This document shows, in pieces, positions 40,901-51,300 of a DNA stretch of 64,000 nt (position 1 is its first letter; each line of letters starts with the position of its first letter). Below the pieces are notes generated by a model. That model was not told where the DNA came from and ran no database searches. It was given only the letters and a program-made list of their open reading frames with translations. The translations under genes and the position numbers were made by a program. The stretch is from Amoebophrya sp. A120 (lineage: Eukaryota; Protista; Dinoflagellata). Location of the stretch: NCBI GenBank assembly GCA_905178155.1, contig CAJINV010000022.1, forward strand, positions 248,001-312,000. Reading direction: 5' to 3'.

Positions 40901-43501
40901 CTTTTCCTCAGGATAGAAGGACCGACTGAATGAGGTCACGAAGCTTCTGGCGGAAGCGCGACAGCAATCAAAGGAAAAACAGACAACCATCGAAAAGTTG
41001 GAAAACTTCCTGACCGAAAAACAGCACTTAATCGAAAAGCTGCAAGACGATCTGAGGGAGGTGAAAACCGAGAAGAGAGAGATGGACGAGCGGTTGGAAA
41101 AGTTTAAGAAGCAACTACCGAAGGAGTTGGACGTGACTTATCGCAAGACAAGACTGTTTCACTGTAAACTTGTAATGCAGAAAATGCATCTCAGAAGTGT
41201 TGGCCTTGCTCCTGCGCATGCAATACTTACAGCGCATTTCTCGCCGTGTTTTTCTCTTGGAACCTCGCCTGGCAAAAATTTTTTTCTGTCATGTATGACT
41301 TGTGATGCAAAACTTGCAAAATCGTTGCAGTGAAACACTTTTTTCTCACGATATGACTGGGTCGTTGTTCAAGAAGCCGGAGAAGGAGATTGAGTACATC
41401 AGCAGCAAAATTTCCAATCTGCAGATGGAATTAGAATTAGCGGTGAAGAAGGACGAGAAGTCAAAAAATCTGTTAAAGTATCAAATGCAAAAGTGTCTGG
41501 GTCTTGAAGATTGCGAGATTTGTCATGCTTGTCTGGCATGACCAAAAAGTTTGCGATGCGTGTCACAGAAGAGACCCTTTTGCCTGTCATGCAAAGACGC
41601 AGTTTGTCATGCGAAACACGCAACACAAGGAAGCGCAGATATTTCTCATGCTTGGCGTGCACAAAAATGGTTTTTTACTTGTGAGATGTAAGCTGTTCCG
41701 AGTACGTGTAATTACAGAGCATTCGCTATTCCCAACGCAGCATTACAAGTTTCCAGACCCAGACATTTTTGCATTTGATATAAAGCGACTGCAGGACGAA
41801 CGGGAAACACTTTTCGAGAAGCTGCAGAAGCAGGAGGACCAGAACAAGCAGTACAAGAAAATTCTCGATGAGAGAAAGGAAAAACATATCACACCAGAAA
41901 GTGTTAATGATAACGGAATTTAGCATGCAGGCATGCACGAGAAATCATGCCCAAATTTGTATTGCATAGCATGCATGATAGCGAAAATTTGCCATGTATG
42001 AGTGCAATGCCCCAAAACCGTTAATGTTAACACTTTTTTGCTTGATAGAACACGAAAAATTGGCGGACAAGTACGAAGCCGAGTACCAGAAGATGAAGGT
42101 GAGGAATATGGATGTGTCAGGATTGAAATCGTCAAAGTTGAAATAGTTTGTCATGCATAAAACCGACACCAGTTGGCGGCCAGTTTTTAAGTGGCGCATG
42201 ACAAATTTAGGAAAAGCCTAAATCCAGTTTGTCATGCTGTCTGGGTAAGGAAGACGCTCTTTGTCATGCTACTTTAGCATCTCTTTTTTTACCCCTCAAC
42301 AGGCTTACAATCTGCCTCACTTGCCTACCTTGCAAGGCAGGCGCTTTGTGTGTTGCATTTTATGCATCACAAACTATTTCAACTTTGAAGATTTCAATCC
42401 TGACACTTCCATAAGGAGCGAAAGGGAAGTAGAAAAGCTCACGGAAGAGCGGGTACGCACGGAGAAACAGTTGCTGCTGCAAATCGACATGCTGGACCGG
42501 GAAGTGAAGCATCTACGGGAATGGAACGATAATTTGGCAAAGGGGATGACCGTGGGGGCAAGACCAAAATCGCCCGGTATGATGAATACGTCCTCATCTT
42601 CCAGTATAAAATTTTCTTTTCGACGGACGATTTCACTTGTTGTTGTCACTCTCTCATGGTCACGACGCGCTGGCCACAATAAAATCAACTGTCTGCTTGG
42701 TTCAAATTTCATGTCGTTTTCTTATTTTTCATCTAGAGATGAATTATCGTTCGACGTGCGGTTGTTGCTACGCGACGTCGACGCAGGAGCTTGTTGTAGC
42801 TGTACTAGTTATCACTCGATAGAGCTGGAAGGATCAGGTCAGAACTGTTCATGATTCATTTTATCATTTTCAAATCGAACCATCAGGTCCCGTGTCGGTT
42901 TCAAGGACCACCAAGGCTCATTATGGCAAAGCCTCTGACGTAGGCTCCCGCGGCGCGTCCTCCTCATCTGCTGCTGCACGAGGACCTCCAGATGGAGTAA
43001 ACGTGAAAGCGGCGAAAAAGGATCTGTCCCTGATAAACAAGAAAATCGATACTCTGATCGATCGGATCGGTGCTGCGGTCACTTCTTCATCGCCGGACCA
43101 GTCGCGGTCCCCTATGAAAGCCTCAGAACGGAAATCCTCAAAGTGGAAATAATTTGTGACGCATGAAATGCGACGCAAAAAAAACTGTATTGCAGAGGAC
43201 GCAATGGAGCCCCATTATTGTCCTTCTACGGGTTAAGAATTGGAGTGCTGATTGGCACGAGAGAAGGGCACCCCTTTGCGTTAACCTGCATGACAGACAT
43301 GCTTTGAGTGCCAGGGGGATTTGTCATGCGCCTCCTAGAGTTGGCGCTTCAACTGGAGTGGGTTTTTGCATTACAAACTATTTTCACTTTCTTGAGAATT
43401 TCCACCAGGAGCCTGAGGCTTTCATATCTCCGGCCCGCAACAGCCCGGCGCGACCACCGAGAACCAAAAGAGCGGGCGGCGTTGCCGAATACGGATTGTG
43501 A
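13919..43501 (+). CDS. Giant protein (about 5,017 aa, 60 exons): six repeats of paired PDZ-like domains, long S/A/E-rich low-complexity linker, C-terminal coiled coil
   Basis: Removing 57 introners (each plus one 5-nt TSD copy) and 2 GT-AG introns gives 15,054 nt, divisible by 3, in frame at each junction from ATG 13919 to TGA 43501; repeats carry LFGF...VFVSK...GDQLLMING and GLQKGDEVTVLND / GLTVGDIIVAVNN. Confidence 0.85.
14347..14599. mobile_element. Introner family A (TGTCTGGGTCTGGAA TIR)
   Basis: TAT..ATA, TSD AGTAC. Confidence 0.92.
14673..14951. mobile_element. Introner family B
   Basis: TATCCTGAGTAAAAACG TIR, TSD AGTTG. Confidence 0.92.
15120..15272. mobile_element. Introner family C
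   Basis: TSD GGCGT. Confidence 0.92.
15364..15522. mobile_element. Introner family C
   Basis: TAC..ATA, TSD GCAAG. Confidence 0.92.
15614..15898. mobile_element. Introner family B
   Basis: TAT..GTA, TSD ACCGA. Confidence 0.9.
16048..16370. mobile_element. Introner family F (CCCCTCCCCATA TIR)
   Basis: TSD AAATC. Confidence 0.9.
16415..16682. mobile_element. Introner family A
   Basis: TSD CGGGT/CCGGT. Confidence 0.9.
16785..16942. mobile_element. Introner family C
   Basis: TSD CATCG. Confidence 0.92.
17121..17273. mobile_element. Introner family C
   Basis: TSD TGCCC. Confidence 0.92.
17323..17632. mobile_element. Introner family E (GAAATCGTCAAAGTTGAAA TIR)
   Basis: TIR of about 40 bp, TSD GCAAT. 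Confidence 0.92.
17907..18174. mobile_element. Introner family A
   Basis: TSD TACGT. Confidence 0.92.
18464..18719. mobile_element. Introner family A
   Basis: TSD TCACG. Confidence 0.92.
18782..19033. mobile_element. Introner family A
   Basis: TSD TGAAA; close reverse complement of 46100-46351. Confidence 0.92.
19127..19365. mobile_element. Introner family H (TATGGCGTTCTCAA TIR)
   Basis: TSD GGAGG; inverse orientation to 33035-33270. Confidence 0.92.
19680..20002. mobile_element. Introner family F
   Basis: TSD CTGGC/TTGGC. Confidence 0.9.
20113..20261. mobile_element. Introner family C
   Basis: TSD TTACT. Confidence 0.92.
20334..20547. mobile_element. Introner family I
   Basis: TATCCGAGAAAAAAACGTTGT..ACAATGTTTGTTTCTTGGATA, TSD GTTTT. 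Confidence 0.9.
20626..20865. mobile_element. Introner family J, diverged
   Basis: TSD TTGGG/CGGGG; removal gives HVGDQ as in the paralogous repeat. Confidence 0.85.
20920..21184. mobile_element. Introner family A
   Basis: TSD GACTT. Confidence 0.92.
21267..21490. mobile_element. Introner family G (GTGCACAACT..CCCCTCATTTG TIR)
   Basis: TSD TGGCG/TGACA; removal gives QVAHW as in paralogues. Confidence 0.88.
21537..22107. mobile_element. Introner family C with nested insertion
   Basis: TAA..ATA, TSD TATTT/CATTT; 149 bp after removing the nested element and one copy of its TSD. Confidence 0.9.
21575..21982. mobile_element. 408-bp non-TIR insertion (retroposon-like) with 14-bp TSD
   Basis: Flanked by CGTATAAATGCATT / CGTACAAATGCATT; internal GC hairpin; TTGATTTTACATTGCAA at 21844 and 21966. 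Confidence 0.8.
22406..22554. mobile_element. Introner family C
   Basis: TSD TGGGT. Confidence 0.92.
22633..22841. mobile_element. Introner family D (AAAAAACTGTTTCACTG TIR)
   Basis: TSD GGTCT/GGACT. Confidence 0.9.
23435..23715. mobile_element. Introner family B
   Basis: TSD GGTAG/AGTAG. Confidence 0.9.
23837..24100. mobile_element. Introner family A
   Basis: TSD TGATT. Confidence 0.92.
24242..24368. mobile_element. Introner family K (127 bp)
   Basis: TATCCACAAAAAAACAACCAT..ATGGTTGTTTTTGCCTGGATA, TSD TTTGA; removal gives RRKKGFEKE like paralogues. Confidence 0.9.
24847..25055. mobile_element. Introner family D
   Basis: TSD GCGCA. Confidence 0.92.
25108..25367. mobile_element. Introner family A
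   Basis: TSD CCCTG. Confidence 0.92.
25469..25639. mobile_element. Introner family C
   Basis: TSD ACTAC. Confidence 0.92.
25734..26015. mobile_element. Introner family B
   Basis: TSD GCGGA. Confidence 0.92.
26234..26518. mobile_element. Introner family B
   Basis: TSD TTGAA. Confidence 0.92.
26583..26804. mobile_element. Introner family D
   Basis: TAT..ACA, TSD TTCGG. Confidence 0.9.
27053..27313. mobile_element. Introner family A
   Basis: TSD CTACG. Confidence 0.92.
27990..28219. mobile_element. Introner family D
   Basis: TSD GGTTC. Confidence 0.92.
28364..28497. mobile_element. Introner family C
   Basis: TSD CCCGA. Confidence 0.92.
28788..29136. mobile_element. Introner family F
   Basis: TSD GGAAG. 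Confidence 0.9.
29337..29502. mobile_element. Introner family L (AAATTTCCCGTAC TIR)
   Basis: TSD CGGGG/CAGGG; inverse orientation to 56361-56511. Confidence 0.88.
29563..29769. mobile_element. Introner family J
   Basis: GGAAAAAGTGGCACAGTTACACATT..AATGTGTAACTGTAACACTTTTTTCC, TSD GAACA. Confidence 0.9.
30052..30313. mobile_element. Introner family A
   Basis: TSD ATAAG. Confidence 0.92.
30371..30628. mobile_element. Introner family A
   Basis: TSD GCCGC/GCCCC. Confidence 0.9.
31127..31275. mobile_element. Introner family C
   Basis: TSD CTACT. Confidence 0.92.
32057..32334. mobile_element. Introner family A
   Basis: TSD GGGGG/ATGGG. Confidence 0.85.
32408..32620 (+). other. Canonical GT-AG intron
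   Basis: GTGAAAG...GATCAG; restores frame (GRD|VKAER). Confidence 0.75.
32779..32919. mobile_element. Introner family C, diverged
   Basis: TATGCATTGCA..TGCAATGCATA, TSD GATGA/AATGA. Confidence 0.85.
33035..33270. mobile_element. Introner family H
   Basis: TSD TCCGA. Confidence 0.92.
35864..36014. mobile_element. Introner family C
   Basis: TSD ACCAC. Confidence 0.92.
36431..36631. mobile_element. Introner family M
   Basis: TATCACACCAAAATGTGC..GCACCTTTTGGTATGATA, TSD CGATT. Confidence 0.9.
36687..36965. mobile_element. Introner family B
   Basis: TSD GCGGA; very similar to 14673-14951. Confidence 0.92.
37560..37836. mobile_element. Introner family A
   Basis: TSD CAGGA. Confidence 0.92.
37943..38224. 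mobile_element. Introner family B, inverse orientation to 36687
   Basis: TSD CCTTC. Confidence 0.92.
38989..39243. mobile_element. Introner family N
   Basis: TATACCCCGCTCAGGTGTTACAATCTCAA..TTGAGATTGTAACAGCACCTGAGCGGGTTATA, TSD GAACT/ACACT. Confidence 0.88.
39920..40166. mobile_element. Introner family G
   Basis: TSD GGTGG/GGTGA. Confidence 0.9.
40631..40915. mobile_element. Introner family B
   Basis: TSD GAAGG. Confidence 0.92.
41139..41353. mobile_element. Introner family D
   Basis: TSD TGACT. Confidence 0.92.
41479..41780. mobile_element. Introner family A
   Basis: TSD TAAAG. Confidence 0.92.
41887..42047. mobile_element. Introner family O
   Basis: AAAGTGTTAATGATAACGG..CCGTTAATGTTAACACTTT, TSD AAACA/GAACA. 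Confidence 0.88.
42107..42413. mobile_element. Introner family E
   Basis: TSD AGGAA/AGGAG. Confidence 0.9.
42604..42886 (+). other. Canonical GT-AG intron
   Basis: GTATAA...CATCAG; restores frame into ORF 42892. Confidence 0.7.
43113..43426. mobile_element. Introner, family E-like
   Basis: TATGAAAGCCTCAG..CTGAGGCTTTCATA, TSD TCCCC/TCTCC. Confidence 0.9.
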
Positions 43502-45319
43502 TAGTTGTAAGAACGGGCACGCCATACAACAGGAGTGCTTATTTCGGATATAATAATCTAACGCTTTTCGTTTTCAACTGAAAAATTCTCTTTTCGCCGG
43601 GCGGTGTCCTTTCCAAGAAATAATTAATGACGATAGAAGCAGATGGACCGCAAGATCATGTTGCAAGTACTAGTGATAGAGCATTCTTTTTTTTTTTTTG
43701 AAATTACAACGAATGAGCAAAGTTGATAAGGCTGTCTGTTTTTACAAGTCGTAGCGGGAACAGTGTGCTTCTGCTTTCTCTGTATGATTGAACATTGTCG
43801 TCAAGCAATTTGGGTTGTGTCAACCGAAATTTTCACGGTGTGAAGACAATCAACGACGAAGAAACGCGGGCGGTGTGAACACTGGCCATCTTGCATGTCA
43901 AGGAGAATCTAGGTGGGATTCAGTGTTTCTTAGTCGCAATCAATCTATGGTGAACTATCGTCACAGCCTGTGGGGAAAAATTTAGCGTTCCGAACAACAC
44001 ACAAATTTTGACGTCTCAGTCAAGGGGGTAAACATGAAAGTTCAAATTTATTCTAATCACCCTAAATTTATGAGAAATCCGATCAACCATCGTTGATCAT
44101 CACTAGCTTACAGTGTGGGTTTAGAATGAACTTCATTTTTGGTTCATTTGTATGAACATGCTGATTTCACTTTGGATCCAAATTTGAACGACAAATTTAG
44201 AGCCTGATTTCAATGAACATTCAATTTAGGTCGTAGGGAATTTGCTTGGCTTATGATCCTGGTGGATTTCATATCTTGCCTAACAGGTTGAGACTTGATG
44301 TTTCAAGTGAAAGTGCTTTTGTTTAAGATAAGTACAACAACTACAAATAGACCATATAAACAGATTTATTACAAGTGGAGCAAGACCAGATGAGCTGCGT
44401 TCGTTCCGATATTAGCTTTTGAAGATACAACAAGCAGCTGTTGATGTAGCCACGAAAACAAGTATCATCTTCTACGCAGAACTATTGCTCCAAGAGTACT
44501 TCTATCGGTGTACTAGCGCATCAACGTCGTGCTTGATATACACGAGGACAGCTGGTGCCGAAATATTGGTCCTCTACGCACGAGCCACCTGTGGTTTTCG
44601 TCAACTCGTCCTGGTGTTCTCTCGTGTTGTTGGTTGATGTTTCGTGAAGCCGCCTCAAGGCGAAGATGTCGTTTTCTTGTTTCCGAGTCGTATTGAGTAG
44701 CCGCCGGTAGAACGTTTCGCTTCAGGTGGTAGTACTAAGAACTAGCTCTGCGATTCATCCCCGAAAACGGCAATCAAGACGAGACTTCTATCTGATGAAC
44801 TACGCCGGCGATTACTTATTTGTCATCAAGTGAGATGTGGATAGCTCGTTGTTGTTGGTGGAAAAACATATAGTTTTTTCCCCGCCTTCTATTTATATTT
44901 GTACGGGCCTTTTACTTAGTTTGAGAATTTAGTATGCATCGTTCTTCTTCCAGTAAGTTTCAATTACAGCACACCACACCGCAGCCACCAGCACCAGCCG
45001 GAAATAGAATGTGTTAACAAATAGAAAAGCTCATAATGGAGATGCAGCTTGCTTCTGCAGCTCCGCTTTCATCCTTCTGATGAGGCCGAAAAGATGAGGA
45101 GCTACCGTCCTGCAGTTGTACAAGGTCTCGGGCAGCTTCTGGCCATAGTTCATCGTCCCGGGTCGGCTAGTACAACCTTCAAGGAGATCCTCTTCGCGGC
45201 CCCTATGAGGTGACGATCGCGAAGTACAAGTAGACCACGCAGCTTATTTGCATCTGGAATAGGACCACCAGCAGACATTCGCACCGGCCCGCCCCGGCAA
45301 GAAGAACTTGTTCCCCATC

Positions 45320-48300
45320 ATGCCGCCCCATCCAAAACAACAGGCAGCCAGGTCGACGTCGTCCGCGAAAATGAATGCGCACCAGGCAGCACACACGCGC
45401 GCGCCCAACGCCCAGCAGGCCCTCGGGAACCATCATACTCAAGGGACTCCATCCGGCACTGTGAAATCCGAGATGCAACTACTGCGGCCTCGGCAAGCGA
45501 GCGCTGTGTCAACATCTTCAGGGTCCTCTAGTACTGGGCTGAACGTGAAGCAAAAGGTGGCGCAGCAGCACCCTTTCTCGTCCTCTGCCGCACCGGGTTG
45601 CAGTTCTAGCACAACTGGCGGCTCGACGAATTATAGTTCATCAAATTCGTTGTCCGAGCATGCGCAGCGGCTCAAGCAGAGCTACGGCATATTACAATGA
45701 AAAATGCCCCCACCCCCGAACTTGGGAGCATTTGTATTGCAAACCTTTCCAAATGAAACATTCGCCCTCTTGCATCTATCAGCATCACAGATTTCCGATC
45801 AAAAATAGGAAAAATTTGCATTGCAAAAGATCCCAGCAAGAGCGGCGCTTGTCACGCAAGCGATGCGACACACACCTAGACTCTGCATCAGAAAGGTTCA
45901 TACTCCTTTCATGCATGACAAAAAGTTTTCATTTGGAGACTTTGCATCACAACTTTGGGGGCGGGGGCAATTTTCCTCGCGATACGGCACCGCGTCTTCT
46001 GCGGTTTATTTCCGTCCGCAGTCGCGCGGGGCGACCGCGACGACGTCTTCCGGGCACCAGCTGCACGGCGCAGCAGGAGGAGGTGGCGCGGGGCCCAGAT
46101 ACCAAATGTAAAAATGTCTGGGTCTGGAAACTTGTGATGCTGGGTGGCGTCTCATGATGAGGCTACAGATGCTGGCTCAGCATGACAAGTTTCTGAGCTC
46201 CTAGGTGTTGCCTATTCTGCATGACAAACTGCGCTTCTGCATCACAGAAAAACGGAGCTCTTGGGTATTGTGCATGACAGATTCAAGAGTCATGCCAGAC
46301 AAGCATGACAAACATGAATTCTTCCAGACCCAGACATTTTTACAGTTGATGCCAGAAGTACAAGTACAATAAAAAATCCAGCTACGTCCTCCGGCCCGCC
46401 GAAGGGCAGCACAAAAGCAGCGGCCAGGGGCGGCCGCGGCGGCGCACCTCCTGGCCGCAGTGCTGGAGGAGCGAGTTCATCTTCCCGTTCGGCATCCACG
46501 ATTATACACGGCGCGGCCTCTCCACCATCGTCCACCGTGGGGGCAGAACTACAAGCGTCGAGTAGTCAACATCTTCCAGGAGCGTTACAGCAACCTGCTT
46601 TCGGCATCAGTACTAGTAGCAGCAGCACCTCTTCTACTTCCAAGAAACCGGCACCGCTGGTGTTCAAAACCCGGATGAACAGCCAGCAACTGAGCTTAAA
46701 CAGTGCCGGGCCACGCACCACCAGCGGCTCGGGTTTGTTCTCGTCTGGTACTTCTTCGTCCGCAAATGCAGCTAAAGCAGGGACTTCTGCATCATCGAGC
46801 AGTAGATCAGCGGTTCTCGCTGGCACCACAACAGGTCGCGCAAAGATCAGCGCCGGGACCGGCAGCAGCACAGCTGCCGGCGCGGGAGGAGAGGACTTAG
46901 TTGACGTAGTTCCTGTGCCAATTGGGATGTTCAAAACAACAACAAACACAGCGAAGAAGAATAAAACCAGCGCGAGTGCGGCCGGTGGGGGTGCAGCTCA
47001 CCCTTTGTCGTCATCGTCGTCGTCAGGAAAGGTGAACAAAAGTTCTGCCAGTTGTAACGGAATTTTGAAAACCTCCAAAGCGTACTCAGTTCACGTGCCG
47101 TCGACTGCAGGAGCTGGAGCTCCTGTCGGGGGTCTTAAGAGCAGTGCTTCAACATCCAGCAGCGGAGATGTTGCGGGATCTCCTTCGCCTCCTTTAGCGC
47201 CGTCTGGCTCGTCTGAAGCAACGGGCCACAAATATGAACTGCAAATATGTCTGGGTCTGGGAGATTGCGAGATTTGTCATGCTAGTCTGGCATGACTCTA
47301 AACTCTGTACTGCGTGCCAACGAAGAGGTCCCGCCCTTGTCTGTCATGCAAAAACGCAGTTTCTCATTCGGAGTACGTAACTCCTAACCATGGAAAAACT
47401 TGTCATGCCGGGGAGCGCATTGCAGCGTGCTCAATATAATTTCCTTCCTTGCAACATCACAAGTTTTCAAACATCCAGGGATATTTGCAATGCATAAAAA
47501 CAAAACTTCGAGTACAATTTCCTCCACATACGGGACGGCGAGCAGCACAAAATTCAAACTGAAAAATGCCAGTTCATCAGCTCTCTCCTCCACAACACAA
47601 GCAGCAGCAGCTGCTGCAGTTTCCAAATCCCAACATGGTGTCACCAGCGGTGCAACTGTTTCGTCGGCGACGAGCATAGCTTCGAAAGCCTCCGAGGAAG
47701 CTAATCGTATGGCGGACCAATTTCGCAAGCAGGTGCAGAGCATTCTGGCGAACGGGCTGAGTGACTTAACGCTGCAGGAGACAAGCAAGCAAGGTGTGGA
47801 TGCCGGAGAAACCACGACCAATGCGGGTGGCACGACTTCCGACGACGCAAACAGCTGCTTTGGAGGAACCACGAGGGGCGGGAGCAGGCACGGCACGAAA
47901 CACGCCACTTCCCTGTCTTCGAAGATACAGGCACAGGCAGCTAGTGCTTTGGTCGTGGGGGAGCAGATGATGAACGCGAGAACAGCAGCCTCCGCTCCTG
48001 AGCAACTACTTCTGCTCGAAAAAATAACCTCAGCAGGTGGTGCTCCTGAAGCATCATCCTCCGCAAACTTTGAAAAGAAAATAGAAGATACTGGCCCTGC
48101 TACGACGCTGTTCAAATTTGAGCATTTTTCGGCGCAGAATGCCCCTGGTCAACAGCAAATGCAAGAAAAGTTCACGTTTTCCGGGCGACAAAGAGAAAGA
48201 ACCTCCTCGGATGTTGACGAGAACAAAATTTATTTTCCGACTGAATTCGACGCGGCTCGTCCTGCTGTCACAGGTGAAATAGAAAACCAGAAGCACCATC

Positions 48301-51300
48301 ATGCTGCTCCAGGTAACCAAACCACAGGATCGACCCCGTCGAACCTTCTTGCGGGGTTACTGGGCAACGTTCGTGACAGCTATAAGTTTGCGACATCTAC
48401 TACTTCGGGCGGACTAGGGGTGGAGCGGGCTGCTCTTGTCGGAGCTGGTACAACTAACGTCAATGACCGCAATGCTGCGTCTTCATTCTTGTCTGATGAT
48501 CAGCTGATGAACAACTCAAATTCGTCTTTCACCAACGCACGGCTGGTCGGAATCGATTCTATCGGGTTTTCGAAATCTATCTCCACCAGCACCCAGCAGA
48601 AAGTAGAGGTGACAGACGTCGAACAAGAAGAACCAGAAGCACATTTGGCGAACCTCTCGTCTGAAGTCCTGAACGGCAGCACAGTCGTCATCAACGGTGT
48701 CGATTTGAGCACGGGGCGCATCGCACCGCCACCCGAGCCGGTTGCTCTTTCAACAAATGATATATTTGCAGGAGGGAAGAAGCAGAATTTTTATGCGGAA
48801 AGTTGTACTGGGGCAGGCGTTCTTCTTAGCGAAGAACTACAGGTGGGAGACACGACGACCACAAGTAAAGGTGGAGCCAACATGTTTACTAGTGCACCAC
48901 CGGGGGATGCCGCCGCCGCGGGAGCGGGACCTTCGCATAATAATAATCTCAGCAACAATGTTGACAAGAGCATCCGGGTTTCTATTGACGATATCTCCTC
49001 CATTCGCGGCATGAAAACCTCGCTGTTGTCTCACAGCCTAGATTATGAACTGCAAATATGTCTGGGTCTGGAAGCTGCATGGAAGTTTGTCATTGCCATG
49101 CTCGGCTGGCATGACAGACTTCAACTTCTCACTCTGCGATGCATGAACAGAAAAAAAGGCCCATTGCCTGTCACGGAAAAGCGCCGCGGTTTGTAATGCG
49201 CAAAACGAAACACAAAGACAAAGCCCAGCTCAAAAACTTGTCATGCTTGGCTGCGTATTGCAGTGCTGCGCCCACCATTCACGTATTTGCATCACACCCA
49301 GACAGATTTGCAATGCAGTTAGATTTGGAGCGAAAAAACAGCAGTTCCTTCATCTCCCCACCGGTTTTCCGACCTCCCAGCAGGAATGGAAGTGTGAATC
49401 AGGGATACAAGAATTTGAATTCCTCCAATTCCAACTCTAGGGCGACCAAGCCGGGCTTCGCCTCTGTCGGGGCGAGACCGAGGGCGGGAGGCGGACCAGG
49501 GCCGTTAGGGACCACGTCGGCCACGGGGTCGAGTAGTAATAGCGCAGGAGGCGGTGCAAATACTCGGACGACTACGCCGGTTTTGTCTTCCTCTAGCTCC
49601 TATGCATTGCAAAAGTAACGTACTAGTATGAATTGCATTACAAATTTTCGCAAGAAGAAAAGGTGCATTTGTAATGCTGTTTTAGCTTTGGAGGAAGATT
49701 TGTCATGCATTTTTGCAATACGAGTACGATACTTTTGCACAGCATGGCTCCACTTCGAAACTACGCATTCGCCAGCCCCGAGTCGGAGGGGTTCCGATTG
49801 TAAGTCGGCAGGGGAGATCTTCTGGTGCGGCGACTAGTATTACACATGCCCCCGCAACATATTCATCTCAGCATTCTTCTTCTTCCAGAAATCTGCATCT
49901 GCCAGTGCGCATGGGGCGAACAAGCGGCGGGAGCAGTAGTACCATCCCAAGCAGCTCCGCACAGAAACTTCACTTAGCGGCGCCTGGTGCAGCACAAGCT
50001 GTTTCTACTTCCTCAGCCGATCACAACTCCAAAGCGGAGATGAGTTCGGCTAGTAAAGGTGTATCCGCTACGACCACGCCCTCGACAAAAGAGCCCACAG
50101 TGGGCAGCGGGCTGAGGGCAACTACACCAGGTGGATCCTCATCCTCTACCATGATGACAAGTGGGTTGCTGCTTGGTCTATCCACAGTACTATCGAATTT
50201 CCCGTACTCGACAACGTCTACAAGAAATTCCTGCGTTTCTGCATGGCACATAGACCTTTCTCTAATCTTGATCTATCCTATTCTAGATCGTATTCAGCAC
50301 GTTTTTAACAAGCGGTGCGTGTGACTGTGAGATTCGGGATCATGTTCATGAAGAATTATTCAAATTGTGATATTGTATGTGGACGGTAAATTTGCGTTGC
50401 ATATTGTGCAGGCAAGAAAAAATCAGAGAAGAACCTGATCACAACATCGTCTCTCGATTTCGGAAAACTCGCGACAGGTACGACGACCAGCTCTATTGAA
50501 ATAGAAGAATCCTGGCGGGTTATTTCTGCCAGTTTGGATACTGGTGATATGATCAGGAACAACCGGTATGGAGCTCTGAATATTGCGAGTGGAACTACAA
50601 TGCCAGGCAGTGCTGCGGCCTTCCACAATTATGCCGGCGTGAAGAAATCTTCCGCGACCTCGACCTCCGATTTGCTGCAGCAGTCTGTCATTTCCCATTC
50701 ACAAGACCGCGGGGGCTGCAGGTCCCCCCTGGACAGGTCGGGTTTTCAGCCGTCCTTTATCCCCATGGCACAGAGGAACATTCAAGCGATATCCTGTGAA
50801 AAAACATTCCCAAGAATATCCCATAGAAGTTGCCATGCCTGTTTGCAATTGCAGGAGCATTTGTAATGCGCATCCCCATGACGAGACGCACTTGCGAGCG
50901 TGTTTTGGAACTTGTGATGCTGTAGAAAGGATAAGAAGATCGATTTGCTATGCGGCTTCCGCCTTGCTAAACTGCGTTGTGTATATTACAGCCTGCAACC
51001 TGTCATGCATGACTCCCAAAGCTCCCAGCTTTGTGTTGCGAAATCCCCATTGGCAACTCTGGGGTGGGGACTTTTCTACATAGCATAAGCGAAAGTCGAC
51101 ACGGGCCTGAGCAATTCATCTAATATGTCGAATAGCAACACACCAACCCAAATCTTCAACACAAACAACAATCCGAGTAGAGCCACTGCCGCTGCATTTG
51201 TGTTCGGTGGAGCCGGGATAAAAATGAGCGGCGTTGGTGGTGCAAGTGGAAGTGCAACTGCAGGCCTCTCTGCACGAACGACTCTGAATATTAAACCTAA

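Noticed and set aside
43956-44300. Possible decayed TIR element in the AT-rich intergenic region
   Set aside because: End similarity is weak and there is no TSD.
46566-48115. Long antisense ORFs opposite low-complexity exons (also 33372-34124 and 38240-38866)
   Set aside because: They are shadow ORFs of GC-rich, stop-poor + strand coding sequence.
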